From Octopus vulgaris (Eukaryota): 64,000 nt of DNA. The notes beneath the pieces are model-generated. The model searched no databases. It saw only the letters and a program-made list of their open reading frames with translations, and was not told the DNA's origin. Location: assembly GCA_951406725.2 (NCBI GenBank), contig OX597818.1, positions 138,074,001 to 138,138,000 of the forward strand. The letters run 5' to 3'. The position numbers and the translations under genes were made by a program. Below, in pieces: positions 13,502 through 26,303 of this stretch. Position 1 is the stretch's first letter; every line of letters begins with the position of its first letter.

Positions 13502-14372
13502 ATGTGTGTATACCTATTTCTTTATTACCCACAAGGGGCTAAACACAGAGGGGACAAACAAGGACAGACATAGGTATTAAGTCGATTACATCGACCCCAG
13601 TGCGTAACTGGTACTTAATTTATCGACCCCCGAAAGGATGAAAGGCAAAGTCGACCTCGGCGGAATTCGAACTCACAACGTAACGCAGACGAAATACCGC
13701 TAAGCATTTCGCCCGACGTGCTAACGTTTCTGCCAGCTCGCCGCCTTATGTGTGTATACCTATTTCTTTATTACCCACAAGGGGCTAAACACAGAGGGGA
13801 CAAACAAGGACAGGCATAGGTATTAAGTCGATTACATCGACCCCAGTGCGTAACTGGTACTTAATTTATCGACCCCGAAAGGATGAAAGGCAAAGTCGAC
13901 CTCGGCGGAATTCGAACTCACAGCGTAACGCAGACGAAATACCTATTTCTTTATTACCCACAAGGGGCTAAACACAGAGCGGACAAACAAGGACAGACAT
14001 AGGTATTAAGTCGATTACATCGACCCCAGTGCGTAACTGGTACTTAATTTATCGACCCCGAAAGGATGAAAGGCAAAGTCGACCTCGGCGGAATTTGAAC
14101 TCACAACGTAACGCAGACGAAATACCTATTTCTTTATTACCCACAAGGGGCTAAACACAGAGGGGACAAACAAGGACAGACATAGGTATTAAGTCGATTA
14201 CATCGACCCCAGTCCGTGACTGGTACTTAATTTATCGACCCCCGAAAGGATGAAAGGCAAAGTCGACCTCGGCGGAATTCGAACTCACAACGTAACGCAG
14301 ACGACATACCGCTAAGCATTTCGCCTGGCGTGCTAACGTTTCTGCCAGCTCGCCGCCTTATGTGTGTATACC
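13502..14372 (-). mobile_element. Tandem array of four near-identical family B SINE units
   Basis: Units start near 13511, 13757, 13940 and 14123 with TACCTATTTCTTTATTACCCACAAGGGG. The motif ATGTGTGTATACC occurs at 13502, 13748 and 14360. Confidence 0.92.
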
Positions 14373-14589
14373 AATTACTTAAAACTCAGCATTGCAAGGA
14401 TAGGTGAGTGTAAATCACGAGAGTTTTATTATCTTGCAGCGTTATGAAGGCTGTATAAATGTCATCACATCGCTGGATAATGACAACAAGGTATGCAATC
14501 TGATCTTGATTCACTAATGTTCTTTCTCTATACTCAATTCGATCGGGTCAACTGTAATCGATTATACTTTTTCCTCGAGAAATTTCAGA

Positions 14590-14767
14590 TGCAGGCGTGG
14601 CTGTGTGTGTGGTACGGAGCTTGCTTACCAGTCACATACTCCCGGGTTCAGTCCCACTGCGTGAAAATGTGGGCAACTAAGTGTTTTCTACTACATATAT
14701 CCTCCGGCTGACCAAAGCCTTGTGGGTGGATTTGGTAGACGGAAACTGGAAGGAGCTTGCCGTGTGT

Positions 14768-14835
<68 letters not shown>

Positions 14836-15090
14836 GTGTATGTGCATGCGTGCGTGTGTGTGTGTGTGTCTCTGTCTGTTCTTTTGCTCCTTGTCACCGC
14901 CTGAAAACTGGTATTGGTGTGCTTACGTCCTCGTAACATAGCGGTTCGGCAAAAAATTCCGATAGAATAAGTACCAGGCTTTAAAAAAAAAATAAAGTAC
15001 TGGGGTTGATACATTCGTCTAAATATTCTTTAATGCACTACCCCAACATGGCCGCAGTCAAATGACTGATATAAATAAAAGATAAAAGAT
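14590..15090 (+). mobile_element. Family A SINE, full length, with internal (TG)n
   Basis: Head GCAGGCGTGGCTGTG, box B GGGTTCAGTCCC, tail CATGGCCGCAGTCAAATGACTGA...(TAAAAGA)n. Confidence 0.85.
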
Positions 15091-15359
15091 CAACACAAGG
15101 AATACAAGATATATATACATGCATAGCCATGTAACTACACACTTGCTGTTGGTTATATTTTTCTACTCTGGACTTTTCCACCATTGTATCTCAATTTATT
15201 TTCCACCATTTTATTTCAATTGTCTCCCACCATTTTATCTCAATTTATTTTCCTATAATGATTTAAAACAAATTATTAAATCTTAATTCATTCAATGCTA
15301 AAATACTTCATGTAGTGAACTACGAATGTTTAATTAATCAATATTCTATTTTGCTTCTG

Positions 15360-15565
15360 TAACTCTTTTACTTGTTTCAGTCATGTGACTGTGGCCATGC
15401 TGGAGCACCGCCTTTAGTCGAGCAAATCGACCCCAGGACATATTCTTTGTAAGCCTAGTACTTATTCTATCGGTCTCTTTTGCTGAACCACTAAGTTACG
15501 GGGACGTAAACACACCACCATCGGTTTCAAGCGATGTTGGGGAGGGGGACAAACACAGTCACACA

Positions 15566-15618
<53 letters not shown>

Positions 15619-15778
15619 GACGGGTTTCTTTCAGTTTCCGTCTACCAAATCCACTCACAAGGCTTTGGTCGGCCCGAGGCTATAGTAGAAGACACTTGCC
15701 TAAGGTGCCACGCAGTGGGGACTGAACCCGGAACCATGTGGTTGGTAAGCAAGCTACTTACCACACAGCCACTCCCAG
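15360..15778 (-). mobile_element. Family A SINE, full length
   Basis: Reverse-complement match to the other family A copies over about 420 bp. Confidence 0.9.
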
Positions 15779-16069
15779 CTCGATGTTTCAATCTGATCAA
15801 AGCACGAAGGGTGTTAACTCCGAAGTCTCAGTTGAGTAAAATTACAGTTACTAAACTTGGGACCATATATTTCTAAGGCAAACGTGCATATGTCCATTTC
15901 ATTAAACTCCACAAGGCTTTTAATCCTTTATTACTACCTTTATTACACTTTAATCTACTACCTTTATTATAAAATAAAACAGAGATTATTTTTAAAATGA
16001 GAATATCTGAAATAATCGACTGCTCTTACGTGAAACCGACCGCTCTCAAAAATTAAGTAAAAGAAACAG

Positions 16070-16268
16070 GAAAAAAATCCAGACTCCTCGTCTGGTGTTG
16101 GATCGATCCCAAAATCGAATCAGTTTGTGCCAGTCACGAGGCCAAACATCCCTGAAAGTTTCATCCGAATCTATCCTGCAGTTCTTGAGATATCATGTCC
16201 ACGGACAAACAAACAAACAAACACGACTGGAAACAATATCTTCGCCTTCGCTAAGGCAGAGGTAATAA
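16070..16268 (+). mobile_element. Helentron-associated (HINE/DINE-1-like) element end
   Basis: AAAGTTTCATCCGAATCTATCC...GAGATATC...(ACAA)n followed by a terminal stem CTTCGCCTT...AAGGCAGAGG-TAATAA, an architecture typical of HINEs. Confidence 0.5.
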
Positions 16269-17220
16269 TACCTATGTAGTTGTTGCTTATTTTAAGTACA
16301 AGATATGAAATTTAAGAAAGGGGAATAGTCGATTGTTTGGACCACAACAATTAGAGTTTATTTATCAACCCTTGAAAGGCAAAGTTGACCTCGACAAGAC
16401 CAGAACTCGGAATGGAAAGATACATAAACAAATTACCATCTGTAATGTAAAATGTCACTTTACAATTTCTGCGCTCCTTCATCCTAATTATCATGATTTA
16501 TGTAATAGCGATAATAATTAAGATTTATATATTTCAGTAACTCATGTTGCGTACTGATAACCTCCAAACATACCAAACACTAAGTCTTGGTTTAGTTCTG
16601 ACGCCTCAGTGACGGCTAAGCCTTCTATTTGCTATTCTATATCCCTTACAGAATAAAATTTAGCTGATAACATCACACTTTCAAAATGATAATTAGAAGT
16701 TTATTTCTCCTATCAGTATGCTAAACTAATTACGCCCGTTGATTAACAACGAAAGTAAATATTCAATAATGAGAAACTTTGTTGTCATTCATTGTTGATG
16801 GTGACTATTATAATTCTATTGTTGTTTCCCGTGTTCTTGAAGTCTTCCTACTCTTCACCACTTCCATATTATCGGTGGATAACAGGAGATGAGACTTTTT
16901 CGTCTCAAACTTACAACTCGGCCATATCCAGTGGGCTTCAAGCAGCAGACGATAGTAAGTAATTGAAAATAAATGGTTGCTGTAAATTTCATCGCAGATA
17001 ATTACAATATGATAAATTCGTAGCCTGTAATTTTATCGCCTGATAATTTCCTTACAAAGTGATTACATCGTTAAAAAATACAACGGACATGTTTCTTTTT
17101 TATTCCTAGATTAAGCGCAGCGTTAAGCCTTATTGTTAAGAGATTTGTTTGCAGAATACTTAGGATAACTAAGGCATATTTCATTAACAACGAAATTCCA
17201 CAACCAAAAATTATTAATAT

Positions 17221-17637
17221 CAGGCGTGGTTGTGTGGTAAGAAGCTCGCTTTCAAAACTACATGGTTCGGGGTTCAGTCCCACTGCGTCGTACCTTGGGA
17301 AAATGTCTTCTACTTTAGCCTCGGGCCGACCAAAACTTTGTGATTGGATTTGGTTGACAGAACCTGAAAGAAGCCCGTCGTCAGTGTGTGTGTGTGTGTG
17401 TGTGTATGTCTGTGCGTTTTTGTGCTTGTGTTTGCCCCCGCCCCCACCGCTTGATAACCGGTGCTGGTTTGTTTATGTCTCCGTAACTTAGTGGTTCAGC
17501 AAAAGAGACCGATAAAATAAGTACCAGGCTGTAAAAAACAATAAGTACTGGAGTCGATACATTCGACTAAAAATTCTTCAATTCAGTGCTCCAGCATGGC
17601 ACCAGTCTAATGACTGAGACAAGAAAATGATAAAAGA
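17221..17637 (+). mobile_element. Family A SINE, full length, diverged
   Basis: Same head, core and tail as other family A copies. Confidence 0.85.
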
Positions 17638-18330
17638 TCAAATTAGCTCAATTAATAGATGAAAAAAAAAACGTAAATCTAAGTTATTTTGATAAATCAT
17701 GTGCAATGCCTTTTAAATAATTCATTATTTTGCTATTTTGGTATTCATCGATGCTACTTCGAATTCTCTTTCAACCATCTTTGTATTTCTTTCTGCTATA
17801 TGGATTATTACAAATACAAGTATTATAATGTATGATTCTCATTGCCATTCCTTATTGCTTCTTTCTCAAGATTTCCAAATATTTCCGGATTGAAGAATGC
17901 AATTTCAATGTTAGTGAATTCTTTGCTTTGTTAAAAGAAAAGACATTTATTTTGCCCCGAGGCGGCGACAGAATGAATACAACACTTCGACTAAAACCCG
18001 TCAAGTTAGTGCTCTAGTATGGCCGCTGTCCAATAACTGAAATAAATAAAAGAAAGTAAAAGAAAGATGAAACTATTACGAGTTCGGAGCATGTCAATTG
18101 AATTGATAAATATGTGATGCAAACTTTTAATGACCATATTTCGGTAACTAATAGAATGCCTATTCTTCACTGATCATTTTTCGATGTGTCTATGAATATA
18201 CGTGTCTATGAATATATTTGCTTATATATTATCAGGCTACTTCCCGACATCAATCATTTGAATAAACGATAACTGGAAATAGAGAGTTATGATTAAATAT
18301 GTGTCATGCACTGCACGTATATATCAAGTA

Positions 18331-18730
18331 CTAGCAGTATCGCCCGGCGTTGCTCGAGTTTGTAAGGGAAATAACGATATAAGCATTTTTAGAGATGTAA
18401 AGTATAATAGCCATCTCAATATGGCTAACCACAAAGGGGGGTGGGTGTTACTGTAGCTTTTTACGTTCTGAGATTTAATAATAAATTTTTAGAGAGTTAC
18501 CTCCCTTATATATGTCAAAAATGCATAACAAATGGGAAAAATTGATGGTAATTCTTTTTTAAAATTGTAGACTCATCGTAGACGCGCGCTAATACCCAGA
18601 TGGGCTCGATATGAATCACGACTATAAGATACCCGGTTTTGGTTAAACTGCACCGCGAAATGTGGGAGTAGTTAGGAATCTAAATCGTAAGAGACAGACA
18701 GACACACAACCTTACTTTTATATATAAAGA
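18331..18730 (-). mobile_element. Non-autonomous Helitron (400 bp)
   Basis: Minus strand starts TC(TTTATATATAAAAG), ends CTAG, has a subterminal GC-rich stem (CTCGAGCAACGCCGGG), and lies between A and T with no TSD. Confidence 0.8.
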
Positions 18731-18870
18731 TATCTACCTCCGTTCCCAAAAGAAAACGTTTACCTATTTCTGCGTGTGATTGTGTGTGTCCTTGTGTGTG
18801 CGTTTGAATACGCGGCTGGTTCTATGTATATTTTTATGCATGCATGAGTATAGATATAAATATATACACA

Positions 18871-19262
18871 TAGGCGCAGGAGTAGCTGTGTGGTAAGTAG
18901 CTTGTTTACCAACCACATGGTTCCGGGTTCAGTCCCACTGTGTGGCACCTTGGGCAAGTGTCTTCTACCATAGCCTCGGGCCGACCAAAGACTTGTGAGT
19001 ACATTTGGTAGACGGAAGCTGAAAGAAGCCCGTCGTATATATGTATATATATATATATGTGTGTGTGTGCGCGCGTGTATGCTTGTGTGTCTGTATGTCC
19101 CATCCAGCATCGCTTGACAACCGATGCTGGTGTGTTTATGTCCCCGTCACGGTTCGGCAAAAGAGACCGATAGAATAAGTCCCGGGGTCGAGTTGCTCGA
19201 TTAAAGGCGGTGCTCCAGTATGACCGCAGTCAAATGACTGAAACAAGTAAAAGAGAAAAGAG
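18871..19262 (+). mobile_element. Family A SINE
   Basis: AGGCGCAGGAGTAGCTGTGTGGTAAG...CAAATGACTGAAACAAGTAAAAGAG. Confidence 0.9.
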
Positions 19263-19276
19263 AGAGAAAGAGAGAT

Positions 19277-20346
19277 ATGAGGTCTGGTCAATATGTATCC
19301 GAACGGTTGCCATAGTAACGAAGCTGAAACATACAGCGTGAAGCCGCTTGGCAAAGATTGACCTTGAACTTTGCTGTGCATGCGCATTAAGTTTTAACGT
19401 TTTAGTTCACTTCCGCTATCTACAACAGTGCTTGAAAAGAACGTGTATACTGTATGATAGTTGCATTGGCCATGACAGAGAAAGTTGTCATGGTGATACC
19501 TGCTCAAAGGCCTACGCAAAGTTACAAAGAGCGTATGGAGAGGACTGTACGAGGCTCACACAAGTGTACGTGTGGTTCAGATGTTTCGAAGATGGCCAAA
19601 ATAATGTCGATAGTGACGAACGTTCCGGGAGACCTGAAACCAGCAGGACTGAGAAAAAAATTGCAGGAGTGGCTGTGTGGTAAGTAGCTTGCCTACCAAC
19701 CACATGGTTCTGGGTTCAGTCCCACTGCATGGCATCTTGGGCAAGTGTCTTCTGCTATAGCCCCGGGCCAACCAATGCCTTGTGAGTGGATTTGGTAGAC
19801 GGAAATTGAAAAGAAGCCTGTCGTATATATGTATATGTATGTATGTATGTGTATGTATATGTTTGTGTGTCTGTGTTTGTCCCTCTAGTATTGCTTGACA
19901 ACCGATGCTGGTGTGTTTACGTCCCCGTCACTTAGCGGTTCGGCAAAAGAGACCGATAGAATAAGTACTGGGCTTAAAAAGAATAAGTCCTGGTGTCGAG
20001 TTGCTCGATTAAAGGCGGTGCTCCAGCATGGCCGCAGTCAAATGACTGAAACAAGTAAAAGAGTAAAGAGTAAAGAGTAGGTCTCGAAACAGGTATCGTC
20101 AATATTCTAGCAAACTTTCATGCAGATTCTCTGCTCAGCATTCTCTGTCATGGTCAATGCGACAATCACATACTACACGCGTTCCTTCTAAGCATTACTG
20201 TAAACAACGGAAGTGAGCTAGAACGCTAAGACTTAGTGCGCATGCGTATCGGAATTCATGATTAATCTATGCCAAGAGGCTCCACACTGCGTGTTTTAGC
20301 TTCGTTACAATGGCAGCATTTCGGATACTTATTGATCAGACCTCGA
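19277..20346 (+). mobile_element. Mariner derivative built from two 5' ends in inverted orientation, interrupted by a SINE
   Basis: TIRs GAGGTCTGGTCAATATGTATCCGAA / TTCGGATACTTATTGATCAGACCTCG. Left part encodes the HTH GDTCSKAYAKLQRAYGEDC...VYVWFRCFEDG...DERSGRP. The right ~260 bp is the reverse complement of the left 5' UTR and ORF start. Confidence 0.78.
19662..20080 (+). mobile_element. Family A SINE nested in the mariner derivative
   Basis: Full family A sequence with (GAGTAAA)n tail. Confidence 0.9.
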
Positions 20347-20382
20347 ATATATGTATATATGTGTGTATGTATATATACGTCT

Positions 20383-20620
20383 AAGGCGGCGAGCTAGCAG
20401 AAGCGTTAGCACACCGGGCGAAATGCTTTGCGGTACTTCGTCTTCCGTTACGTTGTGAGTTCAAATTCCGCCGAGGTCGACTTTGCCTTTCATCCTTTCG
20501 GGGTCGATAAATTAAGTATCAGTTACGCACTGGGGTCGATGTAATCGACATAATACCTATGTCTGTCCTTGTTTGTCCCCTCTGTGTTTAGCCCCTTGTG
20601 GGTAATAAAGAAATAGGTAT
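20383..20620 (+). mobile_element. Family B SINE, full length, with 14-bp TSD
   Basis: GTATATATACGTCT at about 20369-20382 and 20617-20630 flanks the element. Confidence 0.92.
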
Positions 20621-20859
20621 ATATACGTCTGTATGTATATATGTGTATGTATGTATATGTGGTGTAAGTGTCTGTGTATGTGTGTATATATATACATATA
20701 TATATATATCACACATATATTATTCTATTCTTATTTCGTTTCATTTCTGTTTTTTCCGCCACGTGTTTTAGTTGCCAAACTTCATATATTCATATATTAT
20801 TTATTTGGTTTGTCTCCTACGTAGCTCATAATCTTCCTTGTATGTACGTATGTATATAT

Positions 20860-21045
<186 letters not shown>

Positions 21046-21638
21046 GTTTATATCCGATTTCGTTGATGTATTTATATACTCATGTACCGGAAATGTATTT
21101 AGAAGGTAAAGATACTTAAAGATACGGTGCATTTAATAGATAAAAGGTGAACAAGTCTTCAGTCAACCATAAGTAACATTCCCAGATGATCTGGCATTAT
21201 ATTACCGACAGTTTAGCCTTAACTTAGACACACAGAAATTCTGCGATATTCTTCCGCTTCCGAATTTCCTGATTCGCACGCGCGCGCGCACCCGCACGCG
21301 CACACACATACACACACACACATGCACGCACACACATACACATACATACAGACGCACGCGCATACACAGACGCGCATATACTCGCACATACTTCTAAACC
21401 GTTTCTGTCATCTTACCTTGCAATATATAATTCTCATTAATGTTTAATGCTTCAACCAGACGAAAATAAACTTCTGCTTATGAAGCAAATGTTGTTGGTA
21501 AATAAAAGGATACTGTGATCTACTGGATGATTAAAGGGAGGCGGGAGTCCTCTTATAATTGAAATATACCTCTTAGTCAGAGAGAGAGAGAGAGAGCAAA
21601 ATGAATGGCTGCTTGATTCATATATAAATACTTATATA

Positions 21639-22869
21639 CGAGGTCTGATCAATAAGTATCCGGACTGGTGGTATAAAAACGTAGCTACATCGCGTACCAA
21701 TTTGGTATTTAATCTCCTTCAAAGTAGTCCTTTCCGAAAGCCACACAATTAATCCAATGCTTTTTTTCCATTAATAGAAGCATTCCTGGAACTCGTTTTC
21801 TGAGATAATCAGCAGCTGCCTCGTTGCATTCTTCTTTTCAAGCGAGATTTGATTTTTGGAAAGAGGAAAAAGTCGCAAGGGGCGAGATCTAGGGAATACG
21901 GTGGCTGTCGGACCTGGCAAATGCTGTGGCTAGCCAAAAACTGCTGCACAGACTGTGCTGAATGGACAGGCGCGTTGTCATGGTGCAATTGTCATTCACC
22001 GGATGCATGCAATTGCAGCCTTTTCCGACGAATAACATCCTGTAAACGCAGCAAAACATCACGGTAGTACTCCTTGTTTACTGTCTGTCCAGGTGGACCA
22101 TACTCATGATGAACAATCCCCTTGTTGCGAAGAAAACAGTCAACAGTGTCTTCACATTGCTTAGATTCACTCGTGCATCCTTCAGTCTCGGAGAGATTGG
22201 GGTCTTCCCCAATGAAGACTGAGCCTTTCTTTCGGGATCACAGCCACAGACCTACGATTCATCACCTGTTATCACCGTTTTCAAAACGTTTTCATCGTTC
22301 TCGACACAATCAAAGAGATCTTGTGCAACTGAAACCCGAGTGTCTTTTTGGTCAGCTAAAAGTAGTTTGGCATAAACTTGGCAGACACGCGTCTCATACC
22401 CAAATCTTCAGTGGTAATGGACTGAACTGAACCGTAACTAATCTACACATCCTCTGATAAATCACGGATGATGATTCGAAGATTTCCCATCACAGCTGCA
22501 TGCACATCTGCGATGTTTTTCTTTCAATTCTGCTGGTTGCGGGTCTCCCAGAACGCTCGACAATATCAACATTTTTTCAGCCATCTTGGAAACGTCTGAA
22601 CCACGCGTACACTTATGTGCAGCTCATACACTCCTCGCTATACACTTTCTGCAACATCGCGTAGGCTTCTGAGCAGGTATCGCCAAGCTTTTGGTTAAAT
22701 TTGATGCAGATTCTCTCTTCAACTTCGTCTGTCGTGGTCAATGCAACGATCACGCACTACACGTTCCTTCCAAGCACTGCTGTAAACAGTGGAAAAAATC
22801 TCGAGCATTAAAACTTAATGCGTATGCACAACAGAGTTCAAGGTCCGGATATTTACTGATCAAACCACG
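21639..22869 (-). mobile_element. Full-length (~1.23 kb) mariner (D,D34D-type) transposon with pseudogenised transposase
   Basis: TIRs CGAGGTCTGATCAATAAGTATCCGGAC / GTCCGGATATTTACTGATCAAACCACG in TA context. Minus strand gives ERICIKF..LGDTCSEAY, LGMRRVSAKFMP, VITGDES, LHHDNAPVH and PPYSLDLAPCDFFLFP, with stops and deletions. Confidence 0.93.
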
Positions 22870-23064
22870 TGTATATATATAGAGAGAAAGATGCAGCACG
22901 AAGCTTTATCAGTGAACTGGTCGCTGTTTCAAAGCGACGAAAATATTTTGACACGAATTAAATTTAAATTTCGAAGTGAAACTAACGGTTTTCATGTGTT
23001 CTTAAATGGTTTACAAACATCTTCCACGGAACAATTGTATATGCGTGTGTGTATACACATACAT

Positions 23065-23185
<121 letters not shown>

Positions 23186-23210
23186 AGGCCAACGAGGGTA
23201 CGGAAGTCGC

Positions 23211-24025
23211 TATATATATTATATTTAGAAAAATACAAACTGGGACAAGAACGTAAAACATTTAGAAGACGATACAAAAAACACGGACGGGACATTCGAA
23301 GCCTTCAATCTTCAGTCAAGAACCGGAACATCCTAGCAATTTCGGCTGATTAATCTTGAGATCGCCAGCCCCAAGGAAAAACTAAGCTACGAGCATTAGA
23401 TTTCTTGGTAAAAGGATCGAATGTATACGAAACAGGGACAGAAAAACGGATGATGCCACATGAATATAAAATACAAAAAACAATAATAGTAAAAACAGGA
23501 CGAAAACAGCGGGTGTCTTACGACTAATAAACAGTACAAGTTTAGCTGGCGTATTTGGAAAAAATGCCTTTTCAGCAGACGAAGACAACGATGTTCTCAC
23601 GGCAGTGATCGGGGGCCAAAAGGCTGATTTGACCAGCAGTCACGTGAGGGAAGAGAGAGAAAAGAAAGGGATCGTTGTCTTCGTCTGCCGAAAAGGCATT
23701 TTTTCCATATACGCCAGCTAAACTTGTACTGTTTATTAGTCGTAAGACACCCGCTGTTTTCGTCCTGTTTTTACCATTATTGTTTTTTGTATTTTGTATT
23801 CGTGTGGCATCGTCCGTTTTTCTGTCCCTGTTTCGTATACATTCGATCCTTCTTCCAAGAAATCTAATGCTCGTAGCTTAGTTTTTCCTTGGGGCTGGCG
23901 ATCTCAAGATTAATCAGCCGAAATTGCTACGATGATCCGGTTCTTGACTGAAGATTGAAGGCTTCGTGTTTTTTGTATCGTCTTCTAAATGTTTTACGTT
24001 CTTGTCCCAGTTTGTATTTTTCTAC

Positions 24026-24038
<13 letters not shown>
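23211..24038. mobile_element. Foldback pair of ~370-bp non-coding arms (23211-23592 / 23671-24038) with 78-bp spacer, set in (TA)n; inverted Penelope-pLTR-like
   Basis: Arms are reverse complements with a few substitutions and one ~13-bp deletion; near-identical ORF translations on opposite strands (23382-23600 and 23675-23881) confirm it. Confidence 0.85.
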
Positions 24039-24072
<34 letters not shown>

Positions 24073-24095
24073 AGACTGACAGGCAGACAGGTTTA

Positions 24096-24110
24096 TATAG
24101 ATAGATAGAT

Positions 24111-24188
<78 letters not shown>
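24096..24188. repeat. (TAGA)n microsatellite
   Basis: Directly visible. Confidence 0.95.
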
Positions 24189-25244
24189 TCGTGTTATGCT
24201 AAGAAGCGGTGCACGATATCAGAATTTCAGTTTCTGTCTACTAAATCCACTTACAAGGCTTTGGTCGACCCGAAGCTATAGTAGAAGGCATAAACCATGA
24301 ATACATTATCCTAAGGCAGGTCTACCTATCGCGGTTGCCTCTTCCAAACAAAACCTACATCAGAAGAAATCATAACCAAAAAACTGCATGTATTTCGTCC
24401 TGTGCAGTTATGGCAGGGATATGAAGGTGAGACCAACCACCCTGCCAAGTAAGTCTTAGAACATTCTAAAACCGTGATATGTGGGGAATCGATGAAATCA
24501 GAGGAAGAAGCATGTTCGTTCGTCGGAACGATAAGGACCATCAGGGTCACCCTAAAAGATGACTGATGACTTGCGCAGTGGTCTTGTGCACCGTCGACTT
24601 CGGTCTCTCGTTCTTCGTGACCACTAGCAATCCAGTGACAAGGCTAGGTCAAGACGACTGGAGATGGAAAAATGCAAGAGATGACCAAGATGTCTCACTT
24701 GCCTTATCTTGTTCTCAGCACTTCCAAACGCATTGCTGCAGTCGTCTTACCCTCCACTGATGCACGAAAAATCTTTTCCTCCTGGTCCGTCGGATTCAGT
24801 CTTCACATGCCTAGGTAGGCAAGCCTTAAAAATAGTTAATTAACTCATAGCTGAGACCCCTAACAGATGCTAATATTCTCGATCAGAGTAGACCTTGAAC
24901 CCATAGTAACTAAGAGGTGATGTTGCATTCCTCAAAACCATGGAACTTCCGAACCAGAGCTCCACTAACGGATGCAGTTTAAAGTTATATCCAAAGCATT
25001 AGTCAGGATACTAGAGAAGGAACAACAGTGGCAGATTCACAAAAGAAACGATACATTTGGCTTTGAGATCAGTTGAGATCATATGAATCGACAGTTACCT
25101 CCCTTAAAAAAGTAGTCTTCATTTATAAATCATCATCATTTCACCTTTCAAGATATAATGTTTTTGGTCTTGGTATTCTTGGAAATCAATAAGTATCACA
25201 AATTTCCCTACTTCCTTGCCATGTCTCCTCTAAAAAAAAAAAAG

Positions 25245-25657
25245 AAGTGGCTGTGTGGTAAGTAGCTTGCTAACCAACCACATGGTTCCGGGTTCAGTCC
25301 CACTGCGTGGCATCTTGGACAAGTGTCTTCTGCTATAGCCCCGGGCCGACCAATGCCTTGTGAGTGGATTTGGTAGACGGAAACTGAAAGAAGCCTGTCG
25401 TATATATGTATATATATATAAGTGTGTGTGTATATGTTTGTGTGTCTGTGTTTGTCCCCCTAGAATTGCTTGACAACCGATGCTGGTGTGTTTACGTCCC
25501 CGTCACTTAGCGGTTCGGCAAAAGAGACCGATAGAATAAGTACTGGGCTTACAAAAGAATAAGTCCCGGGGTCGATTTGCTCGACTAAAGGCGGTGCTCC
25601 AGCATGGCCGCAGTCAAATGACTGAAACAAGTAAAAGAGTAAAAGAGTAAAAGAGTA
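25245..25657 (+). mobile_element. Family A SINE, young copy
   Basis: Nearly identical to 38078-38472 and to the reverse complement of 29532-29931. Confidence 0.92.
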
Positions 25658-26039
25658 ATATAAGAAATTCTTTCTAAATTAAAATAAACCGATATATTCA
25701 AATTTAGAAATATCTGAAATATAATTCACTTATTTACATTTCTGCTGCTGCTGCTTCTGCTGCTGCTGAAGAAGAAGACTGTCATTTTGTGTAAATAGGA
25801 AGTTTTAATCGTACTGAATAAAGAAACAGGGATGGGTAAATTCGACCTCATAGGGTTTCGATTTAGGCAACGGATTTAGGCACAGTGGTAGCATATGCCT
25901 GATTGCAACTGTTTCAAGAAATTCCTTTTTTTTTTATTCTTAATTATTTTCAATATTTTATTCAATCCTAATTTCATATTTTATATATTTATTTAATACT
26001 TATTTTAAACTTTATTTTTCTACAATAATTATTGTTGGT

Positions 26040-26303
<264 letters not shown>

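Noticed and set aside
13502-14372. Regularly repeated units suggestive of a CRISPR array
   Set aside because: Units are 180-245-bp SINE copies with no unique spacers, in a eukaryotic context with no cas genes.
24300-25000. Complex-sequence island that might be exonic
   Set aside because: No sustained ORF or recognisable protein motif; more likely an old unclassified repeat.
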